This document shows positions 10,866-20,787 of a DNA stretch of 64,000 bases, piece after piece. Origin of the DNA: Mantamonas sphyraenae STR306. Its lineage: Eukaryota > Protista > CRuMs. Position 1 is the first letter of the stretch; the number at the start of each line of letters is the position of its first letter. The notes below the pieces were generated by a model. That model did not search any database and had not been told where the DNA came from. It saw only the letters and a program-made list of their open reading frames with translations. The position numbers were made by a program, and so were the translations under genes. The stretch covers positions 501,289 to 565,288 of the forward strand of contig JAPMXV010000044.1 of the NCBI GenBank assembly GCA_026936335.1, read 5' to 3'.

Positions 10866-12111
10866 TCACTCTTCCTCCTCCTCTTCTTCCTCTTCCTCCT
10901 CCCCATTCTCAGCCTCCTCTTCCACCTCCTCAGCCTCCACGTCCTCCTCAAACACGAGGTTGTCCAGGTACGGTTTGAGGTCGTCGCCCTCGATGACGGT
11001 GTAGGTGCAGTCTGCCCCGACATACGAGATGCTAACGTTCTCCGTGTCCAACTTGTCGTCCTTGTTCTGCTGGGAGCTCATGGACTCGTGCAGGGCGTTG
11101 ACTGCGTGCTGAATCAGTTCTTCGAGGCTCGCCTCCTCAAACTCTTCAAAGGAGCGTTCCAGGTAGGTTCGTGCGCTCTGCGAGCGAGCCCCAATGGCAA
11201 TGGCCTTGTAATCAAAGTAGTTGCCCGACGGGGAGGTTTCGTACAGGTGGGCGCCCGTCTTGTCGTAACCAGCAACGAGCAAGCCGACGCCGTAGGGGCG
11301 ACGTCCGTAGCGCTGTGTGGGGACCTGGGATTCTGTGAGCAGGCAAGCACATAGGAGAGGTCAGTTGTGAGGGTGGGTGTGAGTGTGCGTGTGCGTGTGT
11401 GTGCAGGGAACCAAAGAAAAACTCATCCCGATGCGTAGTTTGACAAGTCAACGTACTGTCGGCAATCAGCTGCACCAGTCGGCCGCTGGGCATACCAGTC
11501 TCGTAGACAAAGCGGTGGCCAATGCACTCGCTACGCATAAACTTGACGAGGACGCGTGCGTCCGCGGCGAGGCCCGAGATGGCAACGCCCACATGCTCGT
11601 CGACCTCAAACAGCTTGGGTTGATGCGACGAGAGCTCGTTGGCAGCGCGTTTGATGCCACCCAGCACCACGTGGGTGTTGGACTTGAGCCCCACGGAGCA
11701 GCTGCCCTGCTTGACGGCCTCCATGGCGTACTCGATCTGGAACAGCCTGCCTTCCGGCGACCACACCGTGATATCGCTGTCGTACTGTGAGAGTGACGGG
11801 GTCAGCCAAGGTCTGCGAGCGCGTCATGCACACAGATCCACGTTGCGGCGTTGGGTTTTGGGAACCTGGCCAAACGGGGGGAGTGGACGAGCCGCGGGCC
11901 GGAAAAGAGGGAAAACTGCGACGGAATCAACCTCTTCAGCTTGCAGAGGCCTCGGCCTTGGCACACCCTGGGGGACGTGCAGAACACTCGCGCTGGAAGA
12001 GGATGCAAGTGCAGGCACACACGCAGTTTCGAGAGGCCATAGCCTGGGAGGCGACACCACTGGACGCTGGAGCGGTACGGAAGAGAAGCAACTCACCTGG
12101 TTGCGGAACAT
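10866..12111 (-). CDS. PSMA1: 20S proteasome subunit alpha type-1 (alpha6); exons 12111-12097, 11784-11457, 11332-10866
   Basis: MFRNQ|[28 protein letters not shown]...IAD|[24 protein letters not shown]...[14 protein letters not shown]; two canonical GT-AG introns with CTGAC branch points; acidic tail. Confidence 0.97.
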
Positions 12112-12305
12112 CGCGTGCGCTGGGCTGCGGGTGGACAGGCAGGTTGTGCAAGACGCACACGCAGTCACAATGATGGGTTAGCAAGTCGTGGGAATCAAGT
12201 CAAACGCAAGGAAATGGGAAGTTACGTGTTGTGTTTCGCTGCAACCCCTTGCGCAGGCAAGCCATCGGAATTCTGCTTCCCAACGCACAAAACAAGCCGG
12301 GTCAG
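12112..12305. promoter_or_regulatory. Putative bidirectional promoter between PSMA1 and the JTB-like gene
   Basis: Only 194 bp separate the divergent start codons; the segment is more AT-rich and coincides with a strand-skew switch. Positional inference only. Confidence 0.45.
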
Positions 12306-12950
12306 ATGAATCGCGCAGTGTTTGCTGCCCTCGTGGTGCTTGCTCTGGGTTGTGGGATAGGTGCAGCCTCAGGTGCGACCGGAAATCCATCCCCCGGGCA
12401 CAACCTTGGCGGCGAGACGTGGAGCATCAACGAATGCAACGTGACTGGCCCTTGCGTGACGTGCTCCAGCACAGAGCAGGTACGTTGATGTGATCACAGG
12501 CGCTGGCTCCCTGCGCAGCTCCAGCTGGACAGCGGGAACACTCCGCTACCCCGAGATTTGCTTTCCAACACCCTATCCCTCAGACACAGAGCTATTGCAA
12601 AGAGACGGGTGCGCGCGAACAATGGACTTGTCAGGTTGCTGCTACAGGAGAACGCGAGCTGCAGTATCGTGCATGCCCAAACCCGGAAGCCAACTTTGCC
12701 TCGGTCGTGTACTTTGAGGTGCGTGACTCCTGCCTCGGACCATGTGGACCTTTTACGTGCTTGCCCACTCACATGCACTAACACTGACCCTTCTCCCTGC
12801 GTGGTACATGATCTGTCCCCTTCATTCTTGCCCCTGCAGCTGGCCATGATTATCGTCGCAATGACGTCCTGCTACTTTGTGCAACGTCGCAAACATGGAG
12901 CATGGACCGCCTCCACTCGCGCTGGTGGCTACCGAAGGGTCGGCAGGTGA
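12306..12950 (+). CDS. JTB (jumping translocation breakpoint)-like small type I membrane protein; exons 12306-12479, 12584-12718, 12840-12950
   Basis: Signal peptide; Cys pattern C..GPCVTC...YCKETG.REQWTC...QYRAC; then YFE, TM (LAMIIVAMTSCYFV) and basic QRRK, matching the remembered JTB layout. Phase-0 introns; exon 2 has tandem in-frame acceptors (12583/12589). Confidence 0.72.
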
Positions 12951-13014
12951 GAGAGCGAACGCAATGAAGGTTCCATGCAAAACGTCGCCAGCTCGTCAAA
13001 CACAAAGCGTTTCC

Positions 13015-14389
13015 ATGTCCAGCACGCGCGAACAGTGCAAGGTGGTGCTCCTTGGAGAAGGTAGGGTTGAGCCTTGGTGTCGGTAGACTGCGTGGTGTCG
13101 TCCACGCTCACGTTGCATGTGCTGACATCCAATCTGTCGGCCGCCACGCCCAGGCCGAGTGGGCAAGACTTCCATCGTCACGCGTTACTGCCAGAACAGC
13201 TACTCCGACAGGACGCAGACCACGGTCCAGGCAGCATATCAGACCAAGAAGCTCAACATCTCCGACACACCCATGCAGGTTGCCATCTGGGTACGTTGGC
13301 GGAGCACCGCCGCTCCCCGCAACGACCCTCCCTTTTGCTCACACTGCCTTCCCACCATGCACAGGACACTGCTGGCCAAGAGCGTTTCCATGCTCTCGGT
13401 CCCATCTACTATCGCGACGCAGACGGTGAGTTGCGTGTTCGCTCGCCCCTGGCCTGTGTGTCCCACGCTTCCACCCCGTGCTTCTGCGCTCACGTCCATT
13501 TTCCACCCACCCGGTTGCCGCGCGCCTCATTTACGTCCTCTCCCGTGCCCTCTACACAGGTGCTGTGCTCGTCTACGACGTCACTGACCCGGAGAGCTTT
13601 GATAAGGTTAAGAGCTGGGTCAAGGAGCTTCGCTCCATGCTGGGTCTCGACGTGCAGCTGGTCATTTGCGGCAACAAGATCGATCTTGAACGCCTGCGTC
13701 AGGTCGACGAGTCTGAAGCTGTTGAGTGAGTTTTCCTCTTTGCCTACTTTCTCCACCCCCCCCCCTTCTTTCCTTCCCCGAAAGGGTTGCCACTGGCCTG
13801 CGCCTGAGCGCTAGCAGCAATCTCCAAGCCCTCATTGCGTGGTCTCGCTCGCCTGCTGCCTGTACACGATGCCTGCTCCCAAGCTCAACTTTCCACTTGC
13901 CCTTTGTTTCGTCGCTCACACACTTACACCCCACTCTCCTCTCCACGCACACCCACAGATTTGCCGAGTCTGTGTCAGCCAAGCATTTCAACACCAGTGC
14001 CAAACTCAACAAGGGGGTCGAGGAGGCGTTTCTCAGCGTTGCCAAAAGTGAGTTTGGCGAATTCTCTTCGCTTCTCACACCCGAACCCTGTCCCCCGCGC
14101 TTCTCTTCCCTCACACACACACACACACACACACACTCCATCTCTCTGTTTCTCTTTCATCCGCACGCATACACCCACCCAATCCACGACAGTGATTCTG
14201 AACCACAGGCAAACAGGCGACTCGGACGTCAGCAAGCGCACAGCGGCCAAAAGCAAGGGCCGCCGCCAAACCACAAGCGAATTCTCCTCAGAGTCCTACT
14301 CGGGTACATACCAGACAGAAGCGCCCCGGCGCAAGACAATCATCATCGACGACGAAGAGCCGTCCAAGAAGGAAGGTGGCTGCTGCTGA
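13015..14389 (+). CDS. RAB21: Rab21 small GTPase; exons 13015-13060, 13154-13290, 13365-13425, 13560-13725, 13959-14047, 14193-14389
   Basis: [37 protein letters not shown] (Rab21-type), GNKID, TSAK, and a C-terminal GGCC prenylation motif. Five GT-AG introns restore the frame. Confidence 0.93.
14113..14136 (+). repeat. (CA)n microsatellite in Rab21 intron 5
   Basis: About 12 consecutive CA units are visible. Confidence 0.85.
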
Positions 14390-14431
14390 ACTGAAACTGA
14401 ACATCTCTTTCCCTTCCTCACCTCTCACCCC

Positions 14432-17400
14432 TCACCCAAACGTCGTCGATGCACCCACCACACTCAATGTACCGCGTCTTCCGCGTCGCCCGGCCCCCAC
14501 CACACTTCCTGGGCTCATGTTTCCGACGCTGCCCACCGTCTGCGTGCCCACACTAGTCTTGTCTTTGCCCAACGAGCTTTGCTGCGCTTCCAGCGCATAT
14601 ACCATCTCCCGCTGAGCCTGCACCTCTTCCTCCAACTCTGCCATACGGTCGCGTACACGCGCCATCTCGCCCACGTGTTCAACCTCCAGCCGCTTCCGCT
14701 CTTCCACCAACGCTTGTTCCGCCACCATCGCCCGCTCTTCAAGAGCACGTACCTTGGCCGCTGCTGCTTCCAAATGCCCCTGCTGTCTCGTGATCCGTTC
14801 GTTCAGCATGTCGATCTTTTTCACCGCCTGCGCGTTCCGAGATCGTAGATGCTCTGCTTGCCAACTGCTTGCACGCATCTCTCCAGACGCCCCTTCCCCT
14901 TCCGGGGTGCTCACTCCACCCTCACTGCTTCCCGCCCCTTCTTTGTCCTCAGATCCCAGCCCGGCTTTTTGGCTCATTGCCAGCAGCTTGTCCGACGCGC
15001 TGTTGCTTTCCACGCTCAGGATCTTGGTTTTGATCTCGGGGAATGTGCGCAGCGCCAAACTGCTCGGCAGTAACTCGATCAACCTCTCAGGCGTGTCGAT
15101 GCCCTTCAAAAGCGCCTGGCCACAATCCCTCCACGCTGGGTTTCCCAGTTCCCAAAGATTGTGCTTGATTTCCTGCCATGCAGATCCACTCACAAGGATC
15201 TGCCCACCGTGCGCCAAGCCAGATACACGCGCACTCTTGTTTACCATCTTGCCAAAGTAGTCCATGCGATTCGTCAGCGGATCGCGTCGACACTGCGGGT
15301 CACCGCTGTGGATACCCATGCGCACGCGCAGGCCACGGAAAAGAAGCACTCGCGACGTGCCCTCCTCTTGGTACTGCACACACGAGTTTGGGTGCTCGTA
15401 CAGCTCATCCGGCCAGTTGCAAACCAGCAGCGCTTCCTGCACTCCCAGGCAAAATCGTGCCGCTGCCATCGGATTGTGGAACGCCACCATGAACGCGTCT
15501 CCTTCCGTCTTCACCTCGTACCCGTTTTCCATTTCAATTCGCTCTCGAAACAGGCTGTTGTGCATGTTCAGCGACTTGCTCATGATCTCTGGGAACCGCT
15601 CCCACTGCGTCGTCGACCCTTCGATGTCCGTAAACACAAGCGTCACGTTGCCCTCGGGTGCCCCTTCTGCGTTGCTCGCCTTGATTTTCTTCACCCGCGC
15701 CAGCACTTCCTTCCACCTCGTGCTCTGCATCGAGCTTGGCACACGCTCCGTTGCAGACGACGAGCTTTTGCGCATCTCCGCCGCCTTCATCATCTGCTTG
15801 CGATTCATCACCGACCCACGCCTCATGCGCTGCTGGCTTTCTTCAAGGTTGCGCCCGTCGTCCCCACCCAGCATCAAGCCCATTCGCCTTTGATTTCCCA
15901 ACAAGTGGGTTGCGATCGAGCCCGTTCGTGACCGCCCCACACTCCGCTTTCCCATGGCTGCCAGCACAACGTCTCCCATGCCTGCCGATCCCTCTGCCCT
16001 TTGGATCCAATCACCACCACCTGCAGGGCTGATGCTCCCACGCAGCATCGGCGATCGCGACCCTGTGCTCAACCGCGCCTCTTGTCTCTCTTCCACATCG
16101 GCCGGCTGTAGGAGTTTCACACGCTCTTTCGCCATTGCCAGCACTTCACCCACCCTGTTCCATCTACCCTCGGCCCCACCATCCGAGCCCGCCACGGATC
16201 CGGTCTCTGTGGGCATTGGCGTTGCGCTACTGCTGGCTCCAGGAGTCAGCTCTTCGATTTGCTCCAGCATCCGATACACCTGCATCACCTCATCGCTGCG
16301 CTTCCGCTCTATCGAGCTGCTCCGATTGATTTGGATCGATATCTCGCTGTTGCCCAACTCCTCATCGTCCAAAGAGACGTCTTCCCCAAGCCCCATAGGC
16401 CCCAGCTGCTCCATAGGGCTCGGGTCTGACGCAAAGGCAACACGCTCTTCCACGAACCGGTTCATCCCAACCCTACTAGCTTCGATTTCTTCGCTCGTAC
16501 GCCGGATCTGTCGTGTCAACGCCTCTTGGCCTCCCTGGCGTTCGCTAAACCGTGCCAGGTACTTGACTCGTTCGTTGAGTTTGTCCAGTTCCATATTGAA
16601 GTGCTCTTGCACCTCCAGCGCCCATGCTTCGTTCACTGAGCTCCGTCTGCTCCGGGGATCGTCGCCGCTATTGATACCGCTCTCCCCGTGCGTCTCGTTC
16701 TCCGTCTGTGTTTCTGCCTCGGCCGTCTCCACTTTGGCTCGTGGGTCACTTCGCTGCGACCCCGATGCGCTCGACGACGACCAATTCGATGATGAGGCTG
16801 CAGAGGACGACGATGACCCTTCCCAGCGCACGCTCTCCTGGCCATCGTCCCCCATGATCTTCTCGTCCTGCTCCAGACCCGAATACGTGGCCACATACGT
16901 TTGCACACCGATTTCCCCAGTTTCCTTTCGATCATCGTCTGCAAAGTCGGTTTGCACCCCGATGTCAAACGTGGTGTACTTCAGCGCCATCATGCCCTCG
17001 ATTTCATACTCCTGACGCAACTCGTAGATTTCCTTCTCCGCAGAGCGTAGCCATCGCCGCAGGTGCTGTTTCAAGTCCAGATGGCTGCTATAAAACAACG
17101 ACAGCAGTTCACCCAGCTGTACATACTGCTCGTCCGGCAGGTTGCTCAAATGGTACTCGAAATCTGTTCCCAAGTCGTCCGCTCCCCGCTTCTGGTGCAC
17201 CATGTGGATGCCTCCCGAGTCGGATGTATGCCCACTGCGGGCACTGAAAAGCCTCCCTGTCCCGGTGCTCCTGCTCGTCCGTGCAGTTCCTCCCTGTGAC
17301 CGTGCACTCTCAGCGCCCGCTGCCGACCCGTGGCCACTTTTGCTCGCAAACAGCCTCAGGCGCTCCATGTGCGCATCGCCACTCCCCTCTCGATTGCTCA

Positions 17401-18565
17401 TAGGTCCCGCGACTCCGCTATCCAATTGGCCCAACGTCAGGTTGGGCCCGACTCCTTCTCCCCCTCGCAGCCGAGGGTCCCCATCCCCACCACTCCCTTC
17501 CCCCCTGGTGCCATCGCCTTTGTTTTCCTGTCCCAACATATCTTGCAACGAGTCGACCATCTCCTGTGACGCCTTGAAGGCGTGGCGAAACAACCCGGCT
17601 GCGTCTGAACGTTGCTCAAGTTCCGCCAGAATCGAGGCCATGTCTGCGTCCACCAAGTCTCGCTTGAACTCGAACCTATCCTCTTGCTCATCCACATGTT
17701 CATCGTTGTACGTCAGGTACGGAAACGACTCGTCGAGCACCTCGGCCACGCTGAACCGATCGCCGTCGAGAATGAACACCACCAACCGAAACAACTGCGT
17801 GAGATCATGGTAGATGTGAAGCATGAGCTGGCCTCGCTCTGCACATTGAGTCCAAACTTGTCGCGCCAGTTCGTGATACGTCCAGCTAAGCACTCGCTGG
17901 GCTTCGCAGATGAAGTCAAAGACGTCTGCGCTACGTTTCGCGCGCAAACGCATTAGCTTCTCGCTCCAAGCGCGCAGGAACACGGCCTGCTTGCGTGTGA
18001 ACGGTTTGCTGACGGGGAATTGCCTCCTACGCCACACCCTGCGGTCCTCCACGTGCAGGGTGTCTTCGTCTGCGCGGGCCTCCATTTCCGGCAGTTCGAG
18101 CTGTGCCTCCTCCTCCTTGTCCATGGTGGACCACGCCATGGAGCCTTCTTCGGCCATTTGCACATTGACACTCTGGTAGGACTTGGGCACGATGCTTTCG
18201 GGTACCAGGGGCAAGAACTCGGCTTGCCCCTCGGACGAGCGCAACGGCGCGTTCTGCACCAGAAACTCCTCGTCCACGGCCTTGGCCAACGAACGCACCC
18301 CCGAGTACACTTGTTTTCTCTCGCTGTTAGTGATTCCACCTGTGTGTGCTGTATTGTGCGCGCCGTACGTCGCTCTCTTGCTTGCTTTTGAACGCGTTGG
18401 TCTTCCGCGTAACACCTTGAGCTTGCCCTTGCCCTTGCCCTGGCCCTGGCCCTTGCTCCGAGCATGTTTTTGCTCAATAGCTTCGATTTGGCTGACCAAC
18501 TCGTCAAAGTCCATCGGAGGCGGAACGGGAGGTCGAGGGGGGGCGGTTTGGCCGAGGCTGCGCAT
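14432..18565 (-). CDS. Soluble class III adenylyl cyclase with N-terminal axonemal dynein light chain-like domain and C-terminal coiled coil
   Basis: Intact catalytic motifs APEGNVTLVFTDIEGST, GYEVKTEGDAFMVAF, GLRVRMGIHSGDP, RMDYFGKMVNKSARV, GGQILVS (~15060-15670). N-terminal YHELARQVWTQCAERGQLM (~17780-18030). No TM segment. First ATG at 18565. Confidence 0.9.
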   Translation of the reverse strand: MRSLGQTAPPRPPVPPPMDFDELVSQIEAIEQKHARSKGQGQGKGKGKLKVLRGRPTRSKASKRATYGAHNTAHTGGITNSERKQVYSGVRSLAKAVDEEFLVQNAPLRSSEGQAEFLPLVPESIVPKSYQSVNVQMAEEGSMAWSTMDKEEEAQLELPEMEARADEDTLHVEDRRVWRRRQFPVSKPFTRKQAVFLRAWSEKLMRLRAKRSADVFDFICEAQRVLSWTYHELARQVWTQCAERGQLMLHIYHDLTQLFRLVVFILDGDRFSVAEVLDESFPYLTYNDEHVDEQEDRFEFKRDLVDADMASILAELEQRSDAAGLFRHAFKASQEMVDSLQDMLGQENKGDGTRGEGSGGDGDPRLRGGEGVGPNLTLGQLDSGVAGPMSNREGSGDAHMERLRLFASKSGHGSAAGAESARSQGGTARTSRSTGTGRLFSARSGHTSDSGGIHMVHQKRGADDLGTDFEYHLSNLPDEQYVQLGELLSLFYSSHLDLKQHLRRWLRSAEKEIYELRQEYEIEGMMALKYTTFDIGVQTDFADDDRKETGEIGVQTYVATYSGLEQDEKIMGDDGQESVRWEGSSSSSAASSSNWSSSSASGSQRSDPRAKVETAEAETQTENETHGESGINSGDDPRSRRSSVNEAWALEVQEHFNMELDKLNERVKYLARFSERQGGQEALTRQIRRTSEEIEASRVGMNRFVEERVAFASDPSPMEQLGPMGLGEDVSLDDEELGNSEISIQINRSSSIERKRSDEVMQVYRMLEQIEELTPGASSSATPMPTETGSVAGSDGGAEGRWNRVGEVLAMAKERVKLLQPADVEERQEARLSTGSRSPMLRGSISPAGGGDWIQRAEGSAGMGDVVLAAMGKRSVGRSRTGSIATHLLGNQRRMGLMLGGDDGRNLEESQQRMRRGSVMNRKQMMKAAEMRKSSSSATERVPSSMQSTRWKEVLARVKKIKASNAEGAPEGNVTLVFTDIEGSTTQWERFPEIMSKSLNMHNSLFRERIEMENGYEVKTEGDAFMVAFHNPMAAARFCLGVQEALLVCNWPDELYEHPNSCVQYQEEGTSRVLLFRGLRVRMGIHSGDPQCRRDPLTNRMDYFGKMVNKSARVSGLAHGGQILVSGSAWQEIKHNLWELGNPAWRDCGQALLKGIDTPERLIELLPSSLALRTFPEIKTKILSVESNSASDKLLAMSQKAGLGSEDKEGAGSSEGGVSTPEGEGASGEMRASSWQAEHLRSRNAQAVKKIDMLNERITRQQGHLEAAAAKVRALEERAMVAEQALVEERKRLEVEHVGEMARVRDRMAELEEEVQAQREMVYALEAQQSSLGKDKTSVGTQTVGSVGNMSPGSVVGAGRRGRRGTLSVVGASTTFG

Positions 18566-18685
18566 GTGCGCGTGCACGGTGCTTCAGGATGTTCTGCCCC
18601 ACGGCATGCCACACACAGCGATCCTTGGTTGCTGAATGTGCATTGTGAACGTTTTCGCAACACATCCACTTCGCAGACCTGAACT

Positions 18686-20625
18686 TCATTCTTTGTCGGT
18701 CGAGGCAAACGATCCGTCGTCGTCGTCTCCGTCTCCCATTGCATCATCTGAGGGGTCTCGACGACTACCAAACGCCTTGCGAGGGGTGCTGGCCACCATA
18801 TTGTGCTTCCGGTTGCGGAGGATGGCCGGCGGGGGGGTGGCGATATTTTCGATCCACGATTCGGTGTCCCATCGTCGCATGCCCACCCGTCCCGGCGCTT
18901 CCCGCTCATCCATACGCTCATCCAGCCCAGCCAGCAGCCCTGGTGTGAGAGATACGGGCGATCGGTGCGACCTGGCCAGGTCATCGTTTTCGCTGCCGGT
19001 GGACGAATATTCCTCTTCCAACTCGTCGCCACTTTCGTCACTCCACGAGTCTCGGGATGTGGCACTATGATGCGAGTGTGTCTGTGAGGTTGCTCCGTCG
19101 TCTGACGCGTAACTCAAGTCGGCCAGCGGACGCATTGCTTGCACGTACTCGTCAGCGTCGATGGTGACGCGTGAATTGGACATGTTACCTTGTGAAGATG
19201 AGCTTTTCCATGACTTGAGGGCTCCAAACACCTCGTCATTCGTTAGGATGCGGTCTGTCGGCGTGGAGCGGGTAGCTTGGGCTCGCGATCCGCGCGGCGT
19301 CCCCGTTCCGTAGAATCCTGTGCGCGGACGCGCCGTTGGTTGTGTACTTGGTAAGTCAGGTCGTGTGGGTGTGGATGATGACGATGACGAGGAGGAGGAG
19401 GAGGAGGAGGATGAGGTGGTGGTGGTGGGGGCGGAGGATCCAAATGGGGCCAAGCGAGTTGCTGGCGGGCGGTAGGCACGGCCAGGCTCTTGAGGACGCA
19501 CGCCAGGCGCATGGTTGGGTGCCTGAGCGCGTTCGGGTTGTGCCCGGAAGCCATACGCGCGGAAAGGTCGGGGATCTTCCCGAGCGTCCTGGGCAAACCA
19601 CAGGCGGACAAGGCCCAACAGAATCAGCAGAGACATTAGTGAGGCCATGGCATAGGTTCCAAGCACAAAACCAGACACTTTCCAGTGGTATGCGAGGTAT
19701 GAGAGTCCACGCAACTGGGCGTGGAAGCGAAGCGACGCAGAGTACACGTGAAGCGAGGGCTTGCTAAGCATAACTGTGGCACGAACAAAGTTCATGTCAC
19801 GAACATCAACAAAATCTTCGATCATGGGCACCGTGAGAGCGTGCTGCTCGTGCCACCAGCCCAGAAACACAAGCGGCGCAAAGAACACCGTACGCATGAG
19901 CTGCTGCAAGCTTGAGCGGTACTCCAGAAACGCGGGCCTGCTCGTGTTGAACATCACCTCGCCGTTGAGTGTCTGCAGCACCAGGTTAATCATAAATATG
20001 CCTGTTGGGGACGCGTGTCAGTTCCAAAAAATCCGTCCGCACGCTGGGCAGCACGTAGCGGCGACATGCACCGCATGGTGGTCGAGCCTTGCACGCCATC
20101 GCACTGTTCATAGCTGGGCATCTGCGCTGGATTGCCACCTCCATGACCTCTTTGTGCTCTCACCTTGGTCGCGGTTGTGCTGGGAATCCGGCAGACGCAG
20201 AAAGACGGACACGTCATAGCCTTGACCCTGGGCTAGGACACGTGGCCGCAACGGCTGGCAATCCTGACGGTAGGCCTCTTCAAAGCGGCACGGGGGAAAC
20301 GACGCCGTAGCGACCGGCCTGCGCGTTTCTCTGTGAAGCAATCGCGTGTGAGCAATGTGGGAGACAATGAGAGGCGGGAAAATGCCAGGGCGGGCCGGCA
20401 CACCTACTGCGGGTCGAAATCAAAGTACAGAGGCTTCTCGTGCAGCATGGCAGGCATCATAAGGTTGTACAGGATGACGTAGAGGAACATGGAGGCCACC
20501 CAGGCCATCGCCGAGAGTCCAATGAAGAGCACAGCACGCTGCACCCAGCGGTTGCTGGCGACTGCATAAAGCCAGGTGGCTACAAGGGCCGCCACATTGG
20601 CCAGTTGTTGCTGAGCCTGATGCAT
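18686..20625 (-). CDS. BSCL2: Seipin (BSCL2 family lipid-droplet biogenesis protein); exons 20625-20408, 20330-20164, 20001-18686
   Basis: TM1 then LY..MMP...HEKPLYFDF; GQGYDVSVFLRLPDSQHNRDQGIFMI; YRSSLQQLMRTVFFAPLVFLGW; VYSASLRFHAQLRGLSYLAYHW then TM2; long disordered tail. Confidence 0.92.
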
Positions 20626-20787
20626 GGGACGCTCGCAGCTTCTCGGGGCTTCGCTTGGGCCGTTGTTGGTTGCCTTGGAGGAGCAAACACAAACTTTTCA
20701 AACACTTCTCAAGCCGGCAATCTTCTGTCCGACTTTCAAACGCACTTGGAACCGAGAATCAGACACATCGCCCTACACAGAACAACC
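20626..20787. promoter_or_regulatory. Putative bidirectional promoter between seipin and the giant surface-protein gene
   Basis: 162 bp between divergent ATGs; coincides with a G-rich to C-rich switch on the + strand. Positional inference. Confidence 0.45.

Noticed and set aside
10775-11023. N-terminal extension of the 2878-aa ORF overlapping PSMA1
   Set aside because: It is an alternative frame of the PSMA1 last exon and 3' gap; the real start is most likely the ATG at 10774.
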